From NCBI GenBank assembly GCA_963824385.1, contig CAWGPD010000004.1:64001-128000 (forward strand): 64,000 nt of DNA, written 5' to 3'. A program made the position numbers and the translations under genes. Of this stretch, positions 52,797 through 63,354 are shown one piece after another. Positions within the stretch are counted from its first letter, which is position 1. Each line of letters begins with the position of its first letter. The notes under the pieces were generated by a model, which was not told the origin of the DNA, did not search any database, and was given only the letters and a program-made list of their open reading frames with translations. This DNA comes from an uncultured Nitrososphaerota archaeon (GTDB lineage Archaea > Thermoproteota > Nitrososphaeria > Nitrososphaerales > Nitrosopumilaceae).

Positions 52797-53174
52797 GTGT
52801 AATCTTTTCCCTATCAGGCATCATTAAGATCTAATATTTTTTTCATTACATCATCTCTTTTGTCAAAATTGGTTTTCTTTTCAAAGTATAACTCACTATC
52901 ACATTTGTTTTGTTCTGAAATTAATTCATGCAATAGTGCGACAAGATCTTGTTTATTCACAATATCTTTTTCTCATTACTCCATCTAAACTCATCGATAA
53001 ATGATGTTTTCTAGACAACGATAGAATGTACACAACTTAAGTATGTCAAACAACAGCCATCATCATCAATGAATCTAACGATATGCCGTAATCATAAAAT
53101 TAAGAATAGAAAGACGGGTCAGAATTGAAAAGCATAATCAAAGTAAACAAGAACATTCTTGGAAAAAGGGTAAA

Positions 53175-53333
53175 ATGACAGAAAATAACAATGAACTGAC
53201 ATTAGAAGAAATGAAACAAATTATAGAGAAACATGTCAAAATAGATGGATTGAGTGTTCAAGGCATTCGCATAATTTATGAAGACATAAAGACACGTCAG
53301 GCAATTAAAAAACCCGAAGAAGATCAACATTAG
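53175..53333 (+). CDS. 52-aa hypothetical protein (not in the ORF track)
   Basis: MTENNNELTLEEMKQIIEKHVKIDGLSVQGIRIIYEDIKTRQAIKKPEEDQH; directly upstream of 53354. Confidence 0.5.
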   Translation: MTENNNELTLEEMKQIIEKHVKIDGLSVQGIRIIYEDIKTRQAIKKPEEDQH

Positions 53334-53353
53334 GAGAATTTGGAGGTTTAGAA

Positions 53354-53701
53354 ATGATAGAAAATAAACAGGCCCCAACTTACGAATGGAGAGACATAGG
53401 CATCATAACGGTAGATACTGGTAAAATAATCATTGCGGATCCTGCAAATGTACTTACACATAGAGAATTTGAAGAACTTCGTGAGAAAGAAAAAATAGCA
53501 AAATTCCCATTGTTTACAGATTTTAAACATGGTATAGTGTCAAAGACAGGATTCGGAGAGGGGCGTTATCACGCGTTTGCCAAGATCGGAGATTTTGGAA
53601 ACATGATAAAGAGAATTACAGAAATTAAAATTATTTTTGAGGACGAAGAAAATGACAAGGATTCTCAAAAAATGCAAGAAGAACCAGTAAAAACAAATTG
53701 A
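53354..53701 (+). CDS. DUF4241-like hypothetical protein
   Basis: GIITVDTGKIIIADP and SKTGFGEGRY resemble DUF4241 motifs; ggaggt SD upstream. Confidence 0.6.
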   Translation: MIENKQAPTYEWRDIGIITVDTGKIIIADPANVLTHREFEELREKEKIAKFPLFTDFKHGIVSKTGFGEGRYHAFAKIGDFGNMIKRITEIKIIFEDEENDKDSQKMQEEPVKTN

Positions 53702-54024
53702 TCATCACACATGAAAAGAAAGATGATTTATCAAAAGGCGTTAAATTATAGAGTAGAAACTAGTTTTTAGTCACAGATTTTAATTTCTTCTGTTCCCTTT
53801 CCTGATGGGCTATAACTGATTTTTTTAGTTCATCATATGATTCGAGATATTCTTTTTTCATTAGATTTTCAGGTTTACGTTTGATTTTTTTCATATGCTG
53901 TGATTACAGCAAACTAGTGTTTAGCAATTTCTATTTACCATATAGATAAAGTAAATTCAATAACAATTAATCAAGAAAGAATGATTTTGCTTATCGTTAT
54001 TAATCCGATAATCTAAAAAACTAC

Positions 54025-55338
54025 ATGGACAGTTTTGTCTGGCATCCATATACACAAATGAAAGACTGGCCAAAATTTGATGTAATTTCCAGCGGTAAAG
54101 GGATGTGGCTCTACGATAAAAGTGGAAATGCCATGATGGACGGCGTTGCAAGCATGTGGTGCAACGTATGGGGTCACTCTAACAAAGAATTGACGGAATC
54201 CATGATAAAACAGACAAAAAAGTTGCAACATTCATCATTATTTAATTTAACAAATGACAGAGCTGAAGAACTTGCAGAAAAATTGGTAAAACTAGCGCCT
54301 GAAATGCACCGAGTATTCTACTCGGATGATGGTTCCACTGCAATGGAAATTTCTGCCAAGATGGCATTACAATATTGGCAAAACACAGGAGAGAAGAAAA
54401 AGACCAGATTTGTCTCACTTGAGAACGGATACCACGGCGATACGGTAGGCACCATGTCATTAGGGTATGTACCATTATTCTTTTCAAAATTCAAACCAAT
54501 GTTGTTCCAAGTTTTAAGAACGCCATCACCTAATAAATATAGAATTCCCAAAGGATATTCTTTTGAAGACTATCAGCAATTCTGTCTTGATAAAATAGAG
54601 AAAACACTTACAAAAAATGACAAGATTGCAGCGTTTGTAATGGAAAGCGGTGCTCAGATAGCAGGAGGAGTAGTGATCTATCCAAAAGGTTTTCAGAAAA
54701 AGATTAGCAAAATGTGCAAAAAAAATAATGTTTTATTCATACTAGATGAGATTGCAACGGGTTTTGGAAGACTAGGGTCAATGGTAGAATATCAAACTCA
54801 GGAAAGTATTCCAGATATAGTATCATTTGGAAAGATGTTATCTGGCGGATATCTTCCTCTCACTGCCACACTTGCAACTAAAAAGATCTATGATTCATTT
54901 CTAGGAGATTATAAAGACATGAAACATTTCTTCCATGGACACACATTTACTGGAAATCCAATTGCATGTGCAACTGCACTTGCAAATATTTCATTGTACA
55001 AAAAATACAATCTTTTATCAAAGATCAAAAAACGTGCAATCCAAATCCAGTCACGTATTGATGAGATTTCTAATTTAGATCTAGTAGGAGATGTAAGACA
55101 CAGGGGATTGTTAATGGGAGTTGAGTCTGTGTCTAATAAAAAAACAAAGAGCCCAATATCACCACAGATGCGATTACCCCAGAAAATTTTCAGAGAGGCT
55201 AAAAAACATGGAATCTATCAAAGAACACTTGGAAATATAGTAATGGTGATTCCCCCACTTGCAATCTCTGAAAAAGAATTAGATTTTCTAATAGATGGTA
55301 CAATAAAGACAATCAAAAGTGTTTCAGTCCAAGTCTGA
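54025..55338 (+). CDS. bioA: Adenosylmethionine-8-amino-7-oxononanoate aminotransferase
   Basis: VWHPYTQM, ASMWCNVWGH, GYHGDT, DEIATGFGRLG, FFHGHTFTGNP. Confidence 0.97.
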   Translation: MDSFVWHPYTQMKDWPKFDVISSGKGMWLYDKSGNAMMDGVASMWCNVWGHSNKELTESMIKQTKKLQHSSLFNLTNDRAEELAEKLVKLAPEMHRVFYSDDGSTAMEISAKMALQYWQNTGEKKKTRFVSLENGYHGDTVGTMSLGYVPLFFSKFKPMLFQVLRTPSPNKYRIPKGYSFEDYQQFCLDKIEKTLTKNDKIAAFVMESGAQIAGGVVIYPKGFQKKISKMCKKNNVLFILDEIATGFGRLGSMVEYQTQESIPDIVSFGKMLSGGYLPLTATLATKKIYDSFLGDYKDMKHFFHGHTFTGNPIACATALANISLYKKYNLLSKIKKRAIQIQSRIDEISNLDLVGDVRHRGLLMGVESVSNKKTKSPISPQMRLPQKIFREAKKHGIYQRTLGNIVMVIPPLAISEKELDFLIDGTIKTIKSVSVQV

Positions 55339-55399
55339 GCAGATTAATCCCCAGGTAAAATTCTATAATCATCTTCGGAGTATATATTATGACTAAATC

Positions 55400-55555
55400 A
55401 TGCCACAGATTCGAATTTGCCCTACATGTAACAAAGTTTTACAGCCAGATGAGATACACAAATGTTCAAACCCCCTTTCAGAATACATTACATGTGAAAA
55501 ATGCGGTGAAACACACCTAAAGACCAGACCACATATTTGTCCCACAAGAATCTAG
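55400..55555 (+). CDS. 51-aa tandem zinc-knuckle micro-protein (not in the ORF track)
   Basis: MPQIRICPTCNKVLQPDEIHKCSNPLSEYITCEKCGETHLKTRPHICPTRI: two C-x2-C-x9-H-x-C units. Confidence 0.75.
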   Translation: MPQIRICPTCNKVLQPDEIHKCSNPLSEYITCEKCGETHLKTRPHICPTRI

Positions 55556-55641
55556 TTCCACAAATCAATGGTAAACCACAGTCAGATTCTAGGTTTACAA
55601 TCAAAATAATCTTAATTAATGGATTTACAAGAGGATAGATA

Positions 55642-56622
55642 TTGACTAGTGAAACTGATTTTATATCATCTTGCAGTGACAAGGTTCTAACAGGACATAG
55701 AATTTCTCAAGAAGAGGCTCAAAAATTAATTAACATATCAGATGATTCACTTCAGAATTTATCTGACGCGGCAAATGAAATTACTCGAAAATTATGCGGG
55801 GATGTTGTAGATGTAGAATCATTGATAAATGCTAAGAAAGGAAAATGCCAAGAAGATTGCTCGTTTTGCTCGCAATCAGCATTTTACAAAACTGAAATAG
55901 ATACATACAAACTATTGCCGCCAGAGACAATAGTACAAAATGCAATGCTTGCAAAAGAAGATGGCGTTAAAAGCTTTTGTCTTGTTTGCGCATGGCGTGG
56001 ACCCACAGAAAAAGACTTTGAGCAAATTTCTACAATAATAAAAAAGATCAACGATGAAGTAGGAATTGAAGTCAACTGTTCTCTTGGTTTTATCAATCAA
56101 GACATGGCAATAGAATTAAAAAAACTAGGAGTAAAGCGTTATAATCATAATCTTGAAGCACCAAGAAGCTTCTTTTCAAAAATATGCACAACCCACAGTT
56201 ATGATGACAGGATGCAGACAAATCTTATTGTTAAAAATGCAGGATTAGAATTGTGCTGTGGTGGAATTATCGGCATGGGAGAAACAAGAATGCAAAGATT
56301 AGAACTTGGTCTTGATCTTGCAGGGCTAAATCCAGAAGAATGTCCAATCAACATTTTAGTACCGCAAAAAGGAACGCCCCTTGAGCTTCAGACAAATCTC
56401 TCAATATCAGAAATACTAAGAACAATAGCAGTATTCAGATTTTTGATGCCAAGAACCATACTCAAGATTGCAGGAGGTAGAGAAGTATACTTTGCAAACG
56501 ACCAGGAAAAAGTGCTTCTCGGAGGCGCAAACGGAATTATCACAGGAGGATACCTCACAATAGGTGGCAATTCCCCTTCAGATGATTTTCAGATGATATC
56601 AAAAATAGGCCTTGAAGCCTAA
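55642..56622 (+). CDS. bioB: Biotin synthase
   Basis: CQEDCSFCSQS radical-SAM motif, RYNHNLE, CCGGIIGMGE, AGGRE. Confidence 0.97.
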   Translation: MTSETDFISSCSDKVLTGHRISQEEAQKLINISDDSLQNLSDAANEITRKLCGDVVDVESLINAKKGKCQEDCSFCSQSAFYKTEIDTYKLLPPETIVQNAMLAKEDGVKSFCLVCAWRGPTEKDFEQISTIIKKINDEVGIEVNCSLGFINQDMAIELKKLGVKRYNHNLEAPRSFFSKICTTHSYDDRMQTNLIVKNAGLELCCGGIIGMGETRMQRLELGLDLAGLNPEECPINILVPQKGTPLELQTNLSISEILRTIAVFRFLMPRTILKIAGGREVYFANDQEKVLLGGANGIITGGYLTIGGNSPSDDFQMISKIGLEA

Positions 56623-57739
56623 AGATAAATTCATTTTAGAAAAATTAGATCAAATCAAGAAGGCAAACCTGTATCGAAAACTGGTGGATAATAAAATCTC
56701 AGGTCCCTACATAACAATTAATGGAAAAAAATTGTTCAATCTATCATCAAATGATTATCTTGGAATTTCTTCCACATACAAAGTATCACAGACACAATCA
56801 AGTTCTAGATTAATTGCAGGAAATGATTTTTCATTTAAAGAACTTGAAATTAAACTTGCAAAACATAAATCAAAAAATGCAGCACTTGTATTCCCCACAG
56901 GGTACATGGCAAACCTTGGCGCAATCTCTATTTTAACACAAAAAAATGATCTGATATTAAGTGATGAATTAAACCATGCAAGCATCATAGATGCCTGTAG
57001 GTTATCTTATGCAAAAAAACTAGTTTACAAACATAATGATATATCAGACTTGGGGGAAAAAATACGACAAAAGGCCCACCGCAAGTTTGTGATAACAGAA
57101 GGAATATTTTCAATGAATGGTGATTTTGCAAAGTTAAAGGAAATTTCAAGAGTATGTCAAGATAATAATGCATTTCTTATACTCGATGATGCCCACGGAG
57201 ATTTTGTAGCAGGTCGTGACGGAAAAGGGTCTGCAGATCATTTCAGAGTTGCAAAAAACATAGACATCTACATCAGCAGTCTAAGTAAGGCCCTCGGGGC
57301 ATTTGGTGGATACATATCTGCTAGCAATGAAATTATCGAACTTGCGATTAATACTTCAAGGCCTTTTATCTATACATCTGCATTACCAGGATTTTTAGCA
57401 GATTTTGCATTGAGGAGATTCTTGACAAACAGAGAAAAGAAAAGACGTAGTTTGTGGGAAAAAATAGAACAATTCAGCAGAGGATTAAAGTCAATCGGGT
57501 ATACAATCCAATCCCAAAGCCAGATCATACCAATCATAATAGGAGATGAGAAGAAAACACTTGAATTTGCAAAATATTTGAGAAGTAACAAAATATTTGC
57601 CCAGCCAATACGCTATCCTACAGTAAATCTAGGTTCTGCCAGAATAAGAATATCTGTAACGGATTGGCTTTCAGAGAATATAATATCAGAATCATTAGAT
57701 ATTTTTGAAAAAGCTGGTAAAAAATTTGGCATCACATAG
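56612..57739 (+). CDS. bioF: 8-amino-7-oxononanoate synthase
   Basis: SSNDYLG, GYMANLG, NHASIID, DDAH, SLSKALG. Confidence 0.93.
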   Translation: MKPKDKFILEKLDQIKKANLYRKLVDNKISGPYITINGKKLFNLSSNDYLGISSTYKVSQTQSSSRLIAGNDFSFKELEIKLAKHKSKNAALVFPTGYMANLGAISILTQKNDLILSDELNHASIIDACRLSYAKKLVYKHNDISDLGEKIRQKAHRKFVITEGIFSMNGDFAKLKEISRVCQDNNAFLILDDAHGDFVAGRDGKGSADHFRVAKNIDIYISSLSKALGAFGGYISASNEIIELAINTSRPFIYTSALPGFLADFALRRFLTNREKKRRSLWEKIEQFSRGLKSIGYTIQSQSQIIPIIIGDEKKTLEFAKYLRSNKIFAQPIRYPTVNLGSARIRISVTDWLSENIISESLDIFEKAGKKFGIT

Positions 57740-57784
57740 TGCGAGTTTGAAAAATTAATTCTTAGAAATTAATTTGGGGCAACA

Positions 57785-58519
57785 TCAGCTCTGCCATGTA
57801 TCTTTTACAAAGCTGTTAAGAGTTGCATTTCCCATATAGAATGATTCTTTGTAAATGCCATCTGGGAAGAGTCTGTACGTATCATTGTATTGTATAACTG
57901 TGACCGTTGGTATGATTTGGTCATCTTGTTGCTGAAAGTCTTGAGGTTCTAGATTATACAAGTCACATGTTTTTAAGAATCGCATGTGCTTGTTAGAAAA
58001 GTCTACCATGCAAGTAGTTTCAAGATTCCATTGAGGAACAGTACCAAGAAAGACAGTATAGTTTCCTGTAGTCACAGGCAATCCATTTAGAGTATTGGAG
58101 ATGTTAGTAGTGAGATTTCCATATGTGGTTGTAGTAGGAGGTGGATTTACAGTATATGTGGTACTTGCAAGTTGTTTAATGTATCCAGGTTTTGTGACAG
58201 TGACATCTACTTCATAGGTTCCAGAAGTGGCCTGTATTGCAGATTGATATCTAAAGTTACCCTGATTGTCCGTAGTCGTAGTTACTGCCTCAGATCCAAA
58301 TAGAATGAACACATTTGCATTGGCAACAGGCCTATATGCTTGGTCGGTAACATTTCCCATTATAACCGGATAATCTCCTTGATTTATCGGATTATTTTGT
58401 AATTTCACATTAACAAGCATACTGTAAGTGAGCGCAGAATACGATACCTGGATGCTTGAAAAAGCCACAACAAAGACTAGAATTGCAACTGAGATTGACA
58501 TTATTTGAGTACTTTTCAA
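57785..58519 (-). CDS. Secreted protein with carboxypeptidase-regulatory/Ig-like domain
   Basis: Signal peptide; GNVTDQAYRPVANANV, TTTDNQGNF; Pro/Thr linker. Confidence 0.7.
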   Translation of the reverse strand: MKSTQIMSISVAILVFVVAFSSIQVSYSALTYSMLVNVKLQNNPINQGDYPVIMGNVTDQAYRPVANANVFILFGSEAVTTTTDNQGNFRYQSAIQATSGTYEVDVTVTKPGYIKQLASTTYTVNPPPTTTTYGNLTTNISNTLNGLPVTTGNYTVFLGTVPQWNLETTCMVDFSNKHMRFLKTCDLYNLEPQDFQQQDDQIIPTVTVIQYNDTYRLFPDGIYKESFYMGNATLNSFVKDTWQS

Positions 58520-58684
58520 CTCTCAGTACTTTTTATGTTCAGTGATAACCGATAAAATCTAACTTTTTTCCCTAGTGACTCAAATGTTTGGTACACGTTC
58601 AATTTTGAGAAAGAGTGTCAACATATTTCCAATTTGGAAGAGATTTGGAACAAGGTATTAATAAAAAAACAGCCATAAACAGGC

Positions 58685-59425
58685 ATGGTAGAACTAACCA
58701 TCGGAATTGCAGCCATAGCAGGATTGGGCTCATTTCTTGCACCGTGTATATTACCTATGATTCCGGCATTTCTTGCATACATTTCTGGCACTACACTTAC
58801 AGAAATTCAGAGAAACAATGGGACAGTCAATGTAGTTACAAGTAGAATCAACATCATACTAAATACGTTATTTTTTGTGGCAGGATTTACTATTGTTTTT
58901 TCGGTTCTCGGAGTAATTCTAAATAGTGTACTTGCGGCATCGGCCACATCACTACTTGCAGGATTTAATCACGTTGGAGGAATAATTATTATTGCATTTG
59001 GTGCATTCATGTTATTATCATCCAAGATTTCAAAACTTAATTTTGAGAAAAAGATTCTTCCAAATAGGACAAAGTCGAGCTATCCTCTTTCATTTGTGTT
59101 TGGTTTAGCATTTGCAACAGGTTGGACTCCATGCATAGGGCCAATCCTTGGAAGCATTTTGACACTTGCTGCTACCACTCCAAGTCATGCATTTATTTTA
59201 CTTCTTAGTTATTCAATGGGTCTTGGAATTCCATTTATCTTGATGGGAGTATTCTTTTCAAGATTTACAGGAATTATCAAATCAATGAGTAAACATCTCA
59301 AATACTATTCGATAATAATGGGTTCACTTATCATCATCTTAGGAGTTTTAGTATATACAAATCAACTAGCTGCTATTGCAAGTTTTCCGCTACTAAATAA
59401 CATACTATTAGGAGGATCATCATGA
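58685..59425 (+). CDS. ccdA: CcdA/DsbD-family transmembrane electron transporter
   Basis: SFLAPCILPMIP and GWTPCIGPILG Cys pair; multi-TM. Confidence 0.95.
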   Translation: MVELTIGIAAIAGLGSFLAPCILPMIPAFLAYISGTTLTEIQRNNGTVNVVTSRINIILNTLFFVAGFTIVFSVLGVILNSVLAASATSLLAGFNHVGGIIIIAFGAFMLLSSKISKLNFEKKILPNRTKSSYPLSFVFGLAFATGWTPCIGPILGSILTLAATTPSHAFILLLSYSMGLGIPFILMGVFFSRFTGIIKSMSKHLKYYSIIMGSLIIILGVLVYTNQLAAIASFPLLNNILLGGSS

Positions 59426-60567
59426 GAAAAGAGATTAAAACCGCAGTAATTGGCGCGATAATCATAATCGCTGCCATCGGTGGGATTAGTGCTTTCTTTA
59501 CATCACTTGATAAAACTGTTCAGACTTCAGGCAATGAAATATTTTTGAACAAACAAGGACAATCGGTAAACAATACAACTTCTGGCAAGTTAATTTCATA
59601 TCCTGACGAAAATAATTTTCCATTAGCCCCCGACTTGGTTGGAATTGCAGCCTACATCAACACAACACCAGAAGAATTAAAATCTGAAATGAAAGACAAG
59701 GTGGTCTTGTATGATTTTTGGACTTATAGTTGCATAAATTGTCTTAGAACACTTCCATATCTTAAAGCATGGAATGACAAATATGCGGACAAGGGATTGT
59801 TAATCATTGGAGTACATTCACCAGAATTTGAATTTGAAAAAGATCCAAATAATGTAAAAATGGCCGCTCAAAAATATGGCTTGACATATCCAATAGTACT
59901 AGATAGTGATCACATGACGTGGGATGCATTTTCAAATAGATATTGGCCAGCAGAATACATAACAGATGATTTAGGCCACATACGACATACACATTTTGGT
60001 GAAGGAGAATATGATCAGACAGAACAAGTCATTCAGCAATTACTTGATCAAAGAGCAGAAAGACTAGGATTAAACATGACAGCAGATCAAAGTCTTGTCA
60101 ATTTGCAAGAACATCAATTTTCTGACATACAAACCCCAGAACTTTATTTTGGGTATGACTTTATACAAGACAGAAACTATCTTGGAAACCCAGAAGGATT
60201 CCAGCCCGAGAAAACAGTGAGTTATACAATTCCATCTGGCTTACAAAACGATCATTTCTATTTGGATGGTCAGTGGCAAAATCTCAATGACAGTATGAAA
60301 CTAATATCAGACAATGGCAAGATAGTATTACCATATTCTGCAAAAGATGTCCACATTGTTGCATCAGGAACTGGAGACAGCATACAAGTACTACTAGATG
60401 GTAATGCAGTACCAAGTGAGAATGCGGGGCAGGACCTCAAAAATGGGACGGCCATAATCTCAGATCATAGACTCTACAATCTAATCTCATCAGAGGAGCA
60501 GGGCTCACATACAATTACAATTATCGCTCATCCCGGCTTTCAAATCTATACATTTACCTTTGGATAA
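59422..60567 (+). CDS. Membrane-anchored DipZ-type thioredoxin with C-terminal domain
   Basis: DFWTYSCINC, GVHSPEFEFEK, TPELYFGY, C-terminal FTFG; ATGA overlap with ccdA. Confidence 0.92.
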   Translation: MRKEIKTAVIGAIIIIAAIGGISAFFTSLDKTVQTSGNEIFLNKQGQSVNNTTSGKLISYPDENNFPLAPDLVGIAAYINTTPEELKSEMKDKVVLYDFWTYSCINCLRTLPYLKAWNDKYADKGLLIIGVHSPEFEFEKDPNNVKMAAQKYGLTYPIVLDSDHMTWDAFSNRYWPAEYITDDLGHIRHTHFGEGEYDQTEQVIQQLLDQRAERLGLNMTADQSLVNLQEHQFSDIQTPELYFGYDFIQDRNYLGNPEGFQPEKTVSYTIPSGLQNDHFYLDGQWQNLNDSMKLISDNGKIVLPYSAKDVHIVASGTGDSIQVLLDGNAVPSENAGQDLKNGTAIISDHRLYNLISSEEQGSHTITIIAHPGFQIYTFTFG

Positions 60568-60721
60568 TCAAGATATAATATTGCAGAATTCGAATTTAGA
60601 AATATATTAAATCACCTATTGTAAGACGCGACTGTAACCAGAGATGCATGTCACTATGGTTACACATCAACTAAGAACAAGGTTGTTTAAAATAACATTT
60701 GATACAAAGGCACAGCGTAAA

Positions 60722-61360
60722 ATGAACTTCACAAATAAATGGAATGTACAAAAAGAAAGTCTATCACAGAGAGTAATAGACAAGGTAAAACCAGATGCAC
60801 CACTAAAGCCAAAAATCGATGAGGCTCAGAAAAAATTACAATTACAAGTCATAAAATTAGATTCTATTTCAAGAAAATTAAAAGAAAAAGATGATTTTAT
60901 TTTCAAAAAAGTTGTAGATGCGGTAAGATCACATAATAAGGCATATTCCAACGCTTATGCTACAGAATTACATGAGATTAGAAAAATGAATAATATGGTA
61001 ACTAATGCAAAATTAGCCATGGAACAAATTCAATTAAGATTAAACACAATATCAGAACTTGGAGATGTAGTGGTGACACTCAGTCCTTGCATGTCAATAA
61101 TAAAGGGACTTGGAACAGGCCTAAATGGATTAATGCCAGCAGCAGACTCGTCCATGGCAGACTTGTCAAACATACTAGGAGAGATAATGTCAGGTGCCTC
61201 AGTAAGCGGAGAGAACAACTTTACTGTTGAGACGACAAATTCAGAGACAAACCAAATATTGGAAGAAGCTCAGTCAATCTTAGAAGGACATGTGAGACAG
61301 ACCCTTCCGGACCTTCCTCCATCACTTGGTTCTACAACTAAAGCGCCAGAGCCTATTTAG
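60722..61360 (+). CDS. cdvB: ESCRT-III/Snf7-family cell-division protein (CdvB paralogue)
   Basis: Basic helical N-terminus, AYATELHEIRK, LAMEQIQLRL, C-terminal LPDLP MIM2-like motif. Confidence 0.85.
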   Translation: MNFTNKWNVQKESLSQRVIDKVKPDAPLKPKIDEAQKKLQLQVIKLDSISRKLKEKDDFIFKKVVDAVRSHNKAYSNAYATELHEIRKMNNMVTNAKLAMEQIQLRLNTISELGDVVVTLSPCMSIIKGLGTGLNGLMPAADSSMADLSNILGEIMSGASVSGENNFTVETTNSETNQILEEAQSILEGHVRQTLPDLPPSLGSTTKAPEPI

Positions 61361-61712
61361 AGCGCTTTTTACTCAATTCTATAAAGCGTTTCTTTATTCT
61401 AGATATTGTGGGATAGCTATATCCTAGTTTTCTATAATTTGCAATCATCATCTTCCAGTTTTTTAGCCTCCATTGAGCCTGCTCTGATGTTACAGAATGA
61501 ATTTCTTTATTGATAATGCTTTTTCTTCCCACTTTGAGTACTCCAGCATCTTTTGCAGTCCATCTATTTTTGGCAAAATTTAGGCCCATCAAGATTTCAT
61601 CAACAGGCATTGCCGTAAAAAATTCCTGGATTTTTTGAATTTGAGATTCAGTGGGTTTTTTTGACATACGTATAGCAATATCACATATTTCCATATTCGA
61701 ATTTTGAAACAT
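61353..61712 (-). CDS. Basic hypothetical protein with a possible C-terminal HTH
   Basis: LGYSYPTISRIKK. Confidence 0.65.
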   Translation of the reverse strand: MFQNSNMEICDIAIRMSKKPTESQIQKIQEFFTAMPVDEILMGLNFAKNRWTAKDAGVLKVGRKSIINKEIHSVTSEQAQWRLKNWKMMIANYRKLGYSYPTISRIKKRFIELSKKRSK

Positions 61713-61847
61713 ACTATCTAATTAGTGTAGAGGTAAATCAGAATAGATCTTAGGTTCAAACTAAATTTTTTAGCCCAATAAACAGGTGATCTGTATTTCC
61801 ATTTTTGGCAGACTGTTTTTTTATACTACGGATGAGGGATATAATTT

Positions 61848-62072
61848 ATGGATAACCGTCTCACACTTGGTGGAAAATCTCCCTCATTCTCAGAAATATT
61901 TACAGAGTATCTTTCAGATATCTCACTTGAAGTAGAGGCAGTTAAACTAAGAAACATAAGAAATGATGCAGAAGGAGTAAATGAACACTTGGCTAGAATA
62001 GATAGTGCCCTAAAGGGAATAATGGATGCAAAACTAGCATTGGCAGAAAATCTTCGTAAATCTCAAAATTAG
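61848..62072 (+). CDS. Small helical hypothetical protein
   Basis: 74-aa ORF with an upstream gaggg. Confidence 0.6.
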   Translation: MDNRLTLGGKSPSFSEIFTEYLSDISLEVEAVKLRNIRNDAEGVNEHLARIDSALKGIMDAKLALAENLRKSQN

Positions 62073-62114
62073 AATTAATCACTTGTGAAAATTAAGTTTT
62101 AAAGTATCAACGTT

Positions 62115-62931
62115 CTACTCGTCTAAAAATCGCTTCATACTCTCAAATTCACTTGCAGTAAAATTCTTGTCTACAGAATCCATTTTTTGCTTCATCTTGG
62201 CAAATTTTTCAGCAAGTAGGGAGAGGTCTACTGGCTGGGCTGTCTCTGCATTTTTTAATTCAACGTAATATTTTATTCGGTCTTCAAAGGCATCTGGTGG
62301 AACCTCCTTAATCAGAACTTCTCCAGTAGTCTATAATTTTAGCCAATTTTTCTCTTTGGCGGTTCTCCAGTTTCTTTTTTTCATTTTCTATCTTTTGCCT
62401 ATGATCCTCATAACCCGATTTCATGTCTTTTAGTTCAGTTTCCAATTTGCCAAGAACATCATTTACAGTTTCAAACATAACTTTTGCAGGTTCAGGATTT
62501 GGCGTATTCTTCATTGTTTGGGAATTAGTAGATTGTCCTCCAATGTGTAATTCTTTCAGGGATTCATCAGTAACCAGTTTTATAGATATTGTTTTGGGGG
62601 CTTTTTTTGCTATTACTCCAAATACCATAAGACCCACTCCAGCAACGCCTGTCCCCATAATCAAATATTGAAGAACAGGTAAGACTTGGTGCATTGAGGG
62701 ATACCCCATCTGCCGTAGCATTGACACAGAATTCACATTTCCAAGAGACATTGAACTAACAAATGTATGTACGGCATTAGACAACATGCCTGGCAAATAG
62801 TAATACATTGGAACTGACATCATTGTAAGTACCATACCGGCAATTACCAGTACAAATCTCATTATACAACAGACTAGATTGAACTTGATATCCAGTTGTA
62901 TGTAATAATGACTGACAACTATCCATTCCAC
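62115..62931 (-). CDS. Hypothetical membrane protein with coiled coil (probable +1 frameshift at ~62331)
   Basis: Two TM segments; one-base removal extends KII-TTGEVLIKEVPPDAFEDRIKYY.. to a stop at 62115. Confidence 0.65.
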
Positions 62932-63057
62932 ATATTTCTATATTCGAGTTTTGAAATATTCTTCTAAATTACGGAAAACAGAATTTTCAGGTCAAAATGC
63001 TTCTAAGAATACCATCAAGAAAATAATTAAAAAATACTAGAATTACTAACACATGAC

Positions 63058-63354
63058 ATGGATGAATTGGACATACCTGCAAATAGAATTCCAAAAGACT
63101 CTGTTTACAAGAAAAGAAATTGTGATAAAGAAAAGTGTGGCAAAGAGGGAAATTATTCTTCAAAACGAGGGTACTTTTGTTTGGAACACATTCTAGATTA
63201 CGATATGCCATGCCCCAATGATAACTGCCCAAGAAAGGGCCTTGCCATGGATAAACTAGTTCCCGAAGTTAAAAAAGACATCAAGGGAGATTTGCACCAG
63301 ATTTTTCTATGCCAGTCCTGTGGGTATAGACATGATCATACTGTGAATGTTTAG
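63058..63354 (+). CDS. Cys-rich, probably zinc-binding protein
   Basis: CDKEKC, FCLEH, CPNDNC, CQSCG. Confidence 0.7.
   Translation: MDELDIPANRIPKDSVYKKRNCDKEKCGKEGNYSSKRGYFCLEHILDYDMPCPNDNCPRKGLAMDKLVPEVKKDIKGDLHQIFLCQSCGYRHDHTVNV

Noticed and set aside
48461..57739. purK/purE and bioD/A/B/F as novel or as part of the motility island
   Set aside because: Canonical housekeeping enzymes; biotin need is expected for carboxylase-based carbon fixation in this group.
58685..60567. ccdA and thioredoxin as a frameshifted fused dipZ
   Set aside because: There is an ATGA start/stop overlap with a ggagg SD, and the second gene has its own N-terminal membrane anchor, so these are two genuine genes.
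705..62671. Numerous 60-160 aa antisense or overlapping ORFs in the track (e.g. 3835..4284, 11619..12035, 24669..25148)
   Set aside because: They lie opposite or inside well-supported genes and are shadow ORFs.
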